IMG/VR virus record: IMGVR_UViG_3300016672_000047
Span: 1-32,001 of that record
DNA length: 32,001 bases
DNA from: a virus
Taxonomy: Duplodnaviria > Caudoviricetes
Direction: 5' to 3' (one strand)
The position numbers and the translations under genes were made by a program. Positions within the stretch are counted from its first letter, which is position 1. Each line of letters starts with the position of its first letter. The notes under the pieces are model-generated. The model saw nothing but the letters and a program-made list of their open reading frames with translations. It made no database searches and had not been told where the DNA came from. This document shows positions 1 to 7,325 of this stretch, one piece after another.

Positions 1-496
1 CGACCTTGGCCGTGCAGTCGTGATTCTTAGCTAGCCGGGTGATGAAGTTGTAGTCCGACTCATTCATCTGGTCAGCCCTTGGCACAACCGAGCCTACTGG
101 GCATTCAGGTTTCCAGCCATTACGCGCAGCAATGTCGCTGACGATCTTGGACAGCGTCACATTTTCCCAACTGCCGCTACGGGTGGTCTTGCCGCTACCG
201 CGCATGTCGCTGGCTTTGCCGCGAATGACCAAGGTGTCCGGCGGACCAGATACCTCAATATCATCCACTGTGTACCGACCCACTCGTGCCATGGCTTTGG
301 TGTCGTAGCCGAGGTAAACCTCAATCCCAGCGCCTTTCTTGGGGAGCGCTACGGCGCCATCACGGTCATCGATTCGCAGCTCGAACTCGTCCGACTCCAT
401 GCCGGGCTTGTCCAACGTGCGCAGCAACAGCAAACGGTCGTTGATCAAGGCTGTTATATCGGCGCCATCAGCGACGATTCGAAAGACTGGCTTCAT
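1..496 (-). CDS. Phage late control/tail protein D (P2 gpD-like), 3' end outside the window
   Basis: Read manually from ATG at 496: MKPVFRIVADGADITALINDRLLLLRTLDKPGMESDEFELRIDDRDGAVALPKKGAGIEVYLGY. Follows U and X as in P2-like tails. Missing from the ORF track because it runs off the edge. Confidence 0.9.
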   Translation of the reverse strand, partial: MKPVFRIVADGADITALINDRLLLLRTLDKPGMESDEFELRIDDRDGAVALPKKGAGIEVYLGYDTKAMARVGRYTVDDIEVSGPPDTLVIRGKASDMRGSGKTTRSGSWENVTLSKIVSDIAARNGWKPECPVGSVVPRADQMNESDYNFITRLAKNHDCTAKV

Positions 497-512
497 GGGT
501 AGTCCTCAATAT

Positions 513-719
513 TCAGTCCCACAACTGCACCTGCTCGACTGTTGGCCGCTCAATATCCGGGAAGGTGATCAGCAGCCCAGTACGCAACGGTTGCGGCTCA
601 TCTGCCAGCAGCCGATTCGCAGCAAGCACCACCTCGACCGTGCCATTGAGGTGACCGTAATGCTGATAACACAGGGTATCCAGCAGGTCACCGTCAGACG
701 TTCTGCATATCATCGCCAT
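513..719 (-). CDS. Tail protein X (P2 gpX-like, LysM-like)
   Basis: MAMICRTSDGDLLDTLCYQHYG...VLAANRLLAD...QLWD, the typical gpX pattern. Start trimmed to ATG 719. Confidence 0.9.
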   Translation of the reverse strand: MAMICRTSDGDLLDTLCYQHYGHLNGTVEVVLAANRLLADEPQPLRTGLLITFPDIERPTVEQVQLWD

Positions 720-1539
720 AGCGCGAGAACTCCAAACTAAAGGTTTGCTTGCGCGGGATCCCGCCGGCCAGCAGCGCGCCTTGCTCCTCATCCATGCTGC
801 GCAGGCACCAGGTGCCGAGTACAACGCCGTAGCCGGTGGTCAGGTTCAAAGGCAGCAACTGCCCACCGATTGAACGTAGGGTGTCGAGCTGCTTCAGCCC
901 ACCCTTGAACGTGGGAAAAATTACGCCCTTGAGACTGAGCTTATCTTCTCCCACGCCCACGGCTTGCTGCGCTGGCCGACGACTGAGCCGCTCCTGCGAG
1001 GCCCAGCGGAATTCCGTCTGCCGTCGTAGTTCGTTAAACGCTGCTGTGTCCAGGTTGAAGTAGAACGGCTGTGCATTCGCCTGCAGCGGCTGAAGGATCA
1101 GCAGGTGCGGAAACGGTTTGACCGCTTCCGCCAGGGGCGTGGCATTCGGCGCCAATGCGCTGGTGGGCAAAATGTTCGCCAGGCGCGGACTGACTTTGCC
1201 GGCGATCTGATTGATTGCGGTGCTGGCACGGGCGGCTTGTTCCTTCAACGTGCCCAGGCGCTCGTCAATTGCCGACAACGCGCGCGTCGCTTTGCTGTAG
1301 GTCGCCAGTACCGTGCCGACCTTAGCCTGCGCCGCGTTAATCCCGCGCATCACCCGTTGCAGTTTTTCGCCGACACCAGGTGGCACGCCGGGAATGCTGG
1401 ACAGCTCATCCGCCGCCCCGGTGATTTCGCCAATGGCGCCGTTCACCGGGCCGACCATGTCGTCGATGCTATGGCGCCCCGCCTCGCCGGCCTGGACAAG
1501 GGATTTGAAGCCCGATTGCAGTTGCTCCATGTAAGCCAT
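694..1539 (-). CDS. Tail protein U (P2 gpU-like C-terminal domain with helical N-terminal extension)
   Basis: C-terminal half LRRQTEFRWASQERLSRRPAQQAVGVGEDKLSLKGVIFP...FSLEFSRY. Located between tape measure and X. Confidence 0.88.
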   Translation of the reverse strand: MAYMEQLQSGFKSLVQAGEAGRHSIDDMVGPVNGAIGEITGAADELSSIPGVPPGVGEKLQRVMRGINAAQAKVGTVLATYSKATRALSAIDERLGTLKEQAARASTAINQIAGKVSPRLANILPTSALAPNATPLAEAVKPFPHLLILQPLQANAQPFYFNLDTAAFNELRRQTEFRWASQERLSRRPAQQAVGVGEDKLSLKGVIFPTFKGGLKQLDTLRSIGGQLLPLNLTTGYGVVLGTWCLRSMDEEQGALLAGGIPRKQTFSLEFSRYGDDMQNV

Positions 1540-1548
1540 GACGACTCC

Positions 1549-4074
1549 TTAAACGTGAGGGGCATCGAACAGGTTGCGCCGGGCTTGCTCTCGGCTGAAC
1601 TCCTCGAACATTTGTCGCATGTGCGGCATCAATTCCTGCGCCAATTGCCGTGGATCCTTCACGTCACCCTGAACCGTAACCGGCATGGTCGGGGAGAACG
1701 TCCACTGCTGGTCTACCCGAGTCGGCTCCGGTTTCGCGGCGAGTCCAGCAGCCAGCACGGCCGGAGCCGTAGTTGCTGTGGGAGCCGCCGCCAACGAACG
1801 CGAGACATCCCCCAAGGCTGGCCCCGGTGCTGCCGCTGCTTTGAGCATCAACGGACCGGGCGATAACGCCGGCGCCATCTGGGACAGAAGCGGCATAGCC
1901 GCCGCACCTGGTGGTGGCAACCTTAACGGCGACGGCTGATCCGGCAGCACCAATCGCTCGGCCGGGGCGTCCGGACCACCGAAGGCAGCCTTGCCCACAG
2001 CGCCGCCCAACTCGCCGCCGCCCCAACTGCCAAGGAATCCGCCGATCAATCCGCCAACGACCGTCCCGATGACCGGCACCACCGAACCAATCGCGGCACC
2101 CGCTGCAGCACCCGCCAACGTTCCGGCCAAGGTGCCTGCGGCATTGCCGTAGCCCTCGGCTTTTTCATCGCGGGTCTCCGCATTTTGATAGGTATCAGCA
2201 GCGATCAAACCTGCCTCGATCAGCGCCATGGGCGCGCCGACCTTAGCGAACCCGAGGCCCTTACCCATCATGGTCTTGGGCGCGAACCGGCTGGCCGTTG
2301 GGCCAATCGGCGCTGAAGGTGCAGGGGTACTGACGGGCGCGCCTCGACCACCACGACCACGCTTGCCCTTTCCACGTCGCCGCTTTCCATCACCTACGTC
2401 GACCCCGCCAGCGCCGCCAGAGGGGTTGGTGACAAAGACCCGCTGGATCACGTTTGGATTGCCCATCAGCGACCCACGAGCAACGTTCAGCAGGCCCTTG
2501 CCGATCTTGATCGCATTGATCGCGGCGCCCAGGCTGACAACACCAGCAGCCAGCACAGCTGCCCCGCTGACCACTGTCGGAAACCGACCCGCCAACTCGC
2601 CAAGCCCATAGGCAACTTTCGCCAGCCCGTCTGCCGCCACATCCGTCAGCGGCCGCAACGCATCACCGATGCGAGTCATCGAGGATTCAATGCCGGCAGT
2701 TGCCGTTGCCCACTTCCGGTTGGACGTTTCCCTCGCCTTCGCTGCATCCGCCTCAATCTTAGCCTTGCCGTCAGTGGCTTCAATGGTCGACATATCAGCC
2801 TTGATTTTGTCGCCGTACTTGATCTGCGCAAGCAGACCAGCACTGGCGCTCTGGTCGCTGACGATGGTCGCCAGCCCGGCAGCTTCAGTCAGGGCGATCA
2901 TGGCCTGCTCTTCCTCGGCACTACCATCCACCGACGACTTGATCTTGGCCTTGAGCGCTTCGATTTTCTTGGCCTTTGCCGGATCCTGCTTTTTGATCAA
3001 CTGCTCACTGAGCATGATGAACGCATCGACCGGGTTTGCAGCCTTACCGCTTTTAGTCGCAGCGAGGATCGAGCCCGTTAGGTCGTAGCCTTCCTTGGCG
3101 AACCGTTCCTGGCTGGTGCTGCTGATCACAGCGTTGAGCAGGTTGTTCATGTTGGTGGCTGCAGCCGCCGAATCCTGAGTTTGCGAGTATTGCGACTGCA
3201 GGCTTGCACCGAGGAAACGCACTGCCTCGGGGCCTTCCATGCCCAGACGCTTGATATTCCCAAGCATCGCCGGCAAATACTTGGCCATCTCCTTTGGACC
3301 AAATGCGCCAATGTCACCCGCCGCAGCCACCTGACCAAGCATGGCCGCCATGTCACCCTGCTTTACGCCGGCTTCCTTGAAGGAGTTGATCAGCGTTGCA
3401 ATCGTATCGGGCTCCATGCCCTGGCCGTCGATCAGGTCAGCGATCTGACCGGCGTAACTAGTGGCAACGTCCCACTCGACGCCTTTTTCAATCAAGGCAC
3501 CCACCGACTGCGCCAACAGTTGCTGGCTCATGCCCTTCTCAGCCGCGACCTTACTGATGCTGGCTGCCAGCTCCGCTTCATCGCCGGTTCCGGCCGTGTG
3601 AGCCCACAACGACATTTGGCGGACCTGCGCCTGGTAATCGCCGGAGATCTTCGTCGGGATCGCCAACGCGCCCGTGAGCACCGCCCCTTGGCCGAGGGAA
3701 TTTTTCATCCCCTCTTTGCCTTGCTGGATCTGCGTATGGCCCAGCGCCTTGAGTTCAGCACCCCGCGCTACCTGCCCGAGAGCCTGGTATTCCTTGCGCA
3801 ACTTACTGACCTCAATGCCCTGCTCTTTCAGGGTTTTGAGGTTGCCTTCGAGCTTTCGCAGCAGACCATCAGCCGACGCCGCACCGGTGTCGTGGGCTTT
3901 TTTCCACTCATCCCGCAAGCGGATGGTGTCGCCGATAGTGCTTTGCAGCACGCGAGCCTTGGTGCCGGTTTCGCCGAGTTTCTTGATACGGCCTTCAACA
4001 TCCTTGAAGGCTGCGCCGACCGTGGAGCTGACGACGCCGCCGATGACCAGGCCGAGCGCCAGGTTATTTGCCAT
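1549..4074 (-). CDS. Tail tape measure protein
   Basis: 841 aa, Ala/Gly-rich and helical, with glycine-zipper segment GAAAGAAIGSVVPVIGTVVGGLIGG. Directly downstream of the tail chaperone. Confidence 0.92.
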   Translation of the reverse strand: MANNLALGLVIGGVVSSTVGAAFKDVEGRIKKLGETGTKARVLQSTIGDTIRLRDEWKKAHDTGAASADGLLRKLEGNLKTLKEQGIEVSKLRKEYQALGQVARGAELKALGHTQIQQGKEGMKNSLGQGAVLTGALAIPTKISGDYQAQVRQMSLWAHTAGTGDEAELAASISKVAAEKGMSQQLLAQSVGALIEKGVEWDVATSYAGQIADLIDGQGMEPDTIATLINSFKEAGVKQGDMAAMLGQVAAAGDIGAFGPKEMAKYLPAMLGNIKRLGMEGPEAVRFLGASLQSQYSQTQDSAAAATNMNNLLNAVISSTSQERFAKEGYDLTGSILAATKSGKAANPVDAFIMLSEQLIKKQDPAKAKKIEALKAKIKSSVDGSAEEEQAMIALTEAAGLATIVSDQSASAGLLAQIKYGDKIKADMSTIEATDGKAKIEADAAKARETSNRKWATATAGIESSMTRIGDALRPLTDVAADGLAKVAYGLGELAGRFPTVVSGAAVLAAGVVSLGAAINAIKIGKGLLNVARGSLMGNPNVIQRVFVTNPSGGAGGVDVGDGKRRRGKGKRGRGGRGAPVSTPAPSAPIGPTASRFAPKTMMGKGLGFAKVGAPMALIEAGLIAADTYQNAETRDEKAEGYGNAAGTLAGTLAGAAAGAAIGSVVPVIGTVVGGLIGGFLGSWGGGELGGAVGKAAFGGPDAPAERLVLPDQPSPLRLPPPGAAAMPLLSQMAPALSPGPLMLKAAAAPGPALGDVSRSLAAAPTATTAPAVLAAGLAAKPEPTRVDQQWTFSPTMPVTVQGDVKDPRQLAQELMPHMRQMFEEFSREQARRNLFDAPHV

Positions 4075-4102
4075 GAGAACACTCCAGGCAGAGATGCGGG
4101 GC

Positions 4103-4219
4103 TCAGTCCATGAGCCACCAGATCATCGTGGAAAAGGGCATGGTCTCGATTTCATTGGCGGCAAATGAATACTGCGTCGCCAAGCGCTTCGCGACCTGCT
4201 TCTGCAGTTCGGCGTTAAA
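4103..4219 (-). CDS. Frameshift extension of tail assembly chaperone (gpE'/gpGT-like)
   Basis: Open frame FNAELQKQVAKRLATQYSFAANEIETMPFSTMIWWLMD* overlaps the chaperone stop (GGG GTT TAA). It has no start codon near its 5' end and fills the gap to the tape measure gene. Confidence 0.7.
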   Translation of the reverse strand, partial: FNAELQKQVAKRLATQYSFAANEIETMPFSTMIWWLMD

Positions 4220-4817
4220 CCCCGTCGTCCTGCACCAGGCGAAAGTAGGCGGCTTGCAGCCGCTGGTAGTCCGTCAGCTTGAGCCCCTCCAGATCCTTGG
4301 TGTCGGATTCAGACAGGTCGGCCAGGAGGATGGTCTCGCGCTGCTCGTCGTCGCCATTGGACGCCGAGGTCGCGGCCCGCACGTCGCGCACAGTGGGGGC
4401 GCGCAACGGCAGGCGGTCGAGCTTCATGTCTTTGAAGTCATACGCTTTGGACAGCGTGACGATGGCGCCGTCGGTGCCAACGACCAACCAAGTCGGGGTC
4501 TCGTCTTTTTTCTCGGGGATACCCGCGTCCAAGATCAACCGCGAATACGCGGTTTGTACCCGTGCATAGTCCGTCAGTTTGAGCCCATCGATGTCCTTGG
4601 TGCCGGCATCAGACAGCGAGGCGAACAAGGTCACTTCGCGCAACACAGCGTCATTGCCACCGATAGCGTCAGAGGCGCGCACCTCGCGCAACAGCGGCGC
4701 GCGCAGGGTCAGCTGGTCGACCTTCACGCCGTTAACATCGCTGGGCCGGGTCAAAGTGATGGTCGCGATATCCGCCTCAATGTTGAGCCAGGAAGGCAGT
4801 GGTTTCAGTTTTTTCAT
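4215..4817 (-). CDS. Tail assembly chaperone with two tandem chaperone domains
   Basis: Start ATG 4817 behind AAGGA. Internal duplication LTLRAPLLREVRA...GLKLTDYARVQTAY / LPLRAPTVRDVRA...GLKLTDYQRLQAAY. Lies between tube and tape measure genes. Confidence 0.88.
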   Translation of the reverse strand: MKKLKPLPSWLNIEADIATITLTRPSDVNGVKVDQLTLRAPLLREVRASDAIGGNDAVLREVTLFASLSDAGTKDIDGLKLTDYARVQTAYSRLILDAGIPEKKDETPTWLVVGTDGAIVTLSKAYDFKDMKLDRLPLRAPTVRDVRAATSASNGDDEQRETILLADLSESDTKDLEGLKLTDYQRLQAAYFRLVQDDGV

Positions 4818-4830
4818 GAGAGCAATTCCT

Positions 4831-5334
4831 TTACAAGCCCAGGTCGCGGCGGACGCTGGCAAGTTGATCGACACCGTTGATAACCCGGACGCAGTTAATT
4901 GGATCGATCTCGTACATCAGCCGGCCGCCGACTTCGAGCTTGAAGTAGCTGACCGCCACGGCGTACTTGAACTCACCGGCCTCACCGGCTTTCCAGTCGC
5001 CTGGATCAATCTCTTTGAGCATGCCCCGCAGGGTGGCGACCACTGCCGTAGTCGCGCCTTTCTGGCCTTTGAAGGAACCCCGGAACACCGCGTTGAACGC
5101 AGTCTGATCGGCCAGGCCGTAAAACTTCATGATCTCGGGGCGCGCACCTTTGCCAGCGAAACTGGCCTCCAGTTTTTCCATGCCCTGATCCATCTCCACC
5201 GGGGCATCCATGCCGCCAGCTCGATGTTCCTCGGTTTTCAAGGTGAGCTTGGGGATCGTTAGGCTGGTGATTTCCCCGTTGAAGCTGAGGCCATCGATAT
5301 GGGCGTTCATGTTGTAGAGCGTTTGCGGAACCAT
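4831..5334 (-). CDS. Major tail tube protein (P2 FII-like)
   Basis: PKLTLKTEEHRAGGMDAPVEMDQGMEKLE and EIDPINCVRVINGVDQLA motifs. Follows the sheath gene. Confidence 0.95.
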   Translation of the reverse strand: MVPQTLYNMNAHIDGLSFNGEITSLTIPKLTLKTEEHRAGGMDAPVEMDQGMEKLEASFAGKGARPEIMKFYGLADQTAFNAVFRGSFKGQKGATTAVVATLRGMLKEIDPGDWKAGEAGEFKYAVAVSYFKLEVGGRLMYEIDPINCVRVINGVDQLASVRRDLGL

Positions 5335-5347
5335 CGAGGGCTCTCCT

Positions 5348-6523
5348 TTATGCGTTGGTGTCGAGAACTTCGGTCAGCCACTGGTTGGTGACCTCGACCC
5401 GGAAGTTGGGGTTTTCTGCAGGCGGCACATCGGTGAAACGAATGTTCCAGTACACCTTGCCCTGCTCCAGCTGGCTGGCCGTGTTCAACTCCGGGTCAGC
5501 GAACACCTCGAAGTTGATCACCGCGCCCTGATTTTTCAGGTCACGCATAAAGGCCTGCAGGCCGTTCGTGACGTCGCTGACGTAGGTCTTTGTGATCGAG
5601 CGGTCAACAGCCCATTTATGGCCGTAGAGAATCGCGTCCATGACGATGTCCATGGTCCGCACGCGGGTAACGAACGCCCACTTCGGATCGCTGGAACAGG
5701 TGCGGTTGCCCCAAAGGCGATACCCGTCATCCCGGATGATCGTGGTGATCTGGGCGTTGTTGAGCAGGTTGGCCCGGCAGGTTTCGTCGCCGTCGAGGAA
5801 TTCGATAGGCCGGCCGGTACCGGTGAGGCCGGCAAACTCTTTGTTCGAAGGCGAGGCCCAGAAGCCGTACTCCGAATCGGTCCAGGCGAAGAGTCCGGCC
5901 ACCCAGGCGGAACTTGGTGCATCGACGGTGGCACTGAGTGCGGTGTCCCAGTACTGCACGCCGGGGTCGACGAGGAACACGCGCTTGCTGCCGAAGTTTT
6001 CGCGGTACTCCATGACGGCTTCGTCGGTGGTGTTAGGTCCGTCGATGATTGCCATGGCACGCAGCTTTTCGCTCAGCGCCACCAGCGCCGTGGCGACGGG
6101 CAAGGTCGCGGTGTGTTTGGGTGCGGCCAGCAAGCGGGGCTGCGCGTTGAATCGGCTCTTGCCGTCGAGCAGCGCCTGCATACCGGTGCGCGTGCCGTTC
6201 GCCAGGACGCCGCCAATGATGGCCGAAGTCTGCGCGGCGGCGTCTGCCACCTTCGCCACGCCACAGGCTACGATCACCGCCTTGGAGCGAACGTAAATGG
6301 CCTGCACCGCCTTGGTGATTGCCGCGTCTGCGCCCCAGGCAGCGATGGCTTCGCTTTCGCGGGTAATAAGTACCAGTTGATTGGGCAAGGCACTGGCATC
6401 AGGACCAGGGGTGAAGGTGTCGCAAAGGCCAATGATGGACGACGACGGCACGGCGATAGGCCGCGTGCCCGTGTCGACGTTGGTCACGGTGACGCCGTGA
6501 AAAAAACCACCTGCAGTACTCAT
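5348..6523 (-). CDS. Contractile tail sheath protein (P2 FI-like)
   Basis: FFHGVTVTNVDTG start, GFWASPSN and GYRLWGNRT motifs, 391 aa. Confidence 0.96.
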   Translation of the reverse strand: MSTAGGFFHGVTVTNVDTGTRPIAVPSSSIIGLCDTFTPGPDASALPNQLVLITRESEAIAAWGADAAITKAVQAIYVRSKAVIVACGVAKVADAAAQTSAIIGGVLANGTRTGMQALLDGKSRFNAQPRLLAAPKHTATLPVATALVALSEKLRAMAIIDGPNTTDEAVMEYRENFGSKRVFLVDPGVQYWDTALSATVDAPSSAWVAGLFAWTDSEYGFWASPSNKEFAGLTGTGRPIEFLDGDETCRANLLNNAQITTIIRDDGYRLWGNRTCSSDPKWAFVTRVRTMDIVMDAILYGHKWAVDRSITKTYVSDVTNGLQAFMRDLKNQGAVINFEVFADPELNTASQLEQGKVYWNIRFTDVPPAENPNFRVEVTNQWLTEVLDTNA

Positions 6524-6530
6524 AGCTGAA

Positions 6531-6564
6531 CTCCAGAAACGAAAAAGCCCCGCAAATGCGAGGC
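6531..6564 (-). terminator. Hairpin + U-tract fused to the sheath RBS
   Basis: Minus strand GCCTCGCA-TT-TGCGGGGC-TTTTTCGTTTCTGGAG, then ATG 7 nt later. Confidence 0.6.
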
Positions 6565-6595
6565 CATGGGAATATGCGTTGTTACGTGAACCGGG

Positions 6596-6626
6596 AAAGA
6601 AAACGCCCGGTAAATGCCGGGCGTTA
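6596..6626 (-). terminator. Rho-independent terminator after the fibre chaperone
   Basis: Minus strand AACGCCCGG-CATTTA-CCGGGCGTT-TTCTTT at the stop of 6624..7325. Confidence 0.7.
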
Positions 6627-7325
6627 TTGAATCAACTCAGCCAGCCACACTGGCTGCTCTGGCCTGCACCCAACTGCTGGGAAGTGAACCGATTCAGGCC
6701 AGCCCCGCAGATCCTGTCGGTAGCCCTGCAACTGCGTGTACTGCTCAGCAGTGAGAGTTGTTGGCCGCAAAGCCTCTACCTCATCTCGGTGACGCGAGAT
6801 CAACGGGTCAGTGAGCAGCAATGCTCGGTCGCGTATTGAACGCTCGCGAGCTTTCAGCTCTTCCAGCGTAGGACCAGGCACCGGGGCGGTACTTGGTTGA
6901 CCGTTTTCGCCAGGCGCAAGCACAGAGCCGCCAAGTGCCAGCAAGCGGAAAATCTCGTGGTGCTCATCTTGAGGCACCTCGACAAGCTCGGATTCAGGCG
7001 GAAGCAAACACGCTGGGTTGGGTACGGTAATGAGCGGGGGCGAGGCCTGTTCATCCGGCACTTCAATCATTGGATGCACTGCATCAGGATCAAGAACCAA
7101 AATGGTTTCAGGCTCAGTTTGAGCTTCTGATTCCTCACCCTCGACTTGAACCACTTCCACCCACGCCGGATTAGGCACCGAAATCCATGGCTGACTCCAT
7201 TCCGGGTCAGGAACATTCACGGTTGGCCGAGTCCAATCGGGATCGGCTACCTGAATAGTCCGGGTACCGTGGAATTGTTCATTAAAAAATGTGTTGTCGT
7301 GTGCGCTATAGAAAATTTTCATCAA
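6624..7325 (-). CDS. Tail fibre assembly chaperone with Pro-rich repeat insert
   Basis: Immediately follows the fibre gene. C-terminus RERSIRDRALLLTD...QLQGYRQDLRGWPESVHFP...RPEQPVWL is typical of fibre-assembly proteins. Confidence 0.8.
   Translation of the reverse strand: MMKIFYSAHDNTFFNEQFHGTRTIQVADPDWTRPTVNVPDPEWSQPWISVPNPAWVEVVQVEGEESEAQTEPETILVLDPDAVHPMIEVPDEQASPPLITVPNPACLLPPESELVEVPQDEHHEIFRLLALGGSVLAPGENGQPSTAPVPGPTLEELKARERSIRDRALLLTDPLISRHRDEVEALRPTTLTAEQYTQLQGYRQDLRGWPESVHFPAVGCRPEQPVWLAELIQ

Noticed and set aside
2330-2420. Arg/Gly-rich KRRRGKGKRGRGGRG patch in the tape measure protein
   Set aside because: Low-complexity basic linkers are common in tape measure proteins of this tail type, and there is no independent signal.
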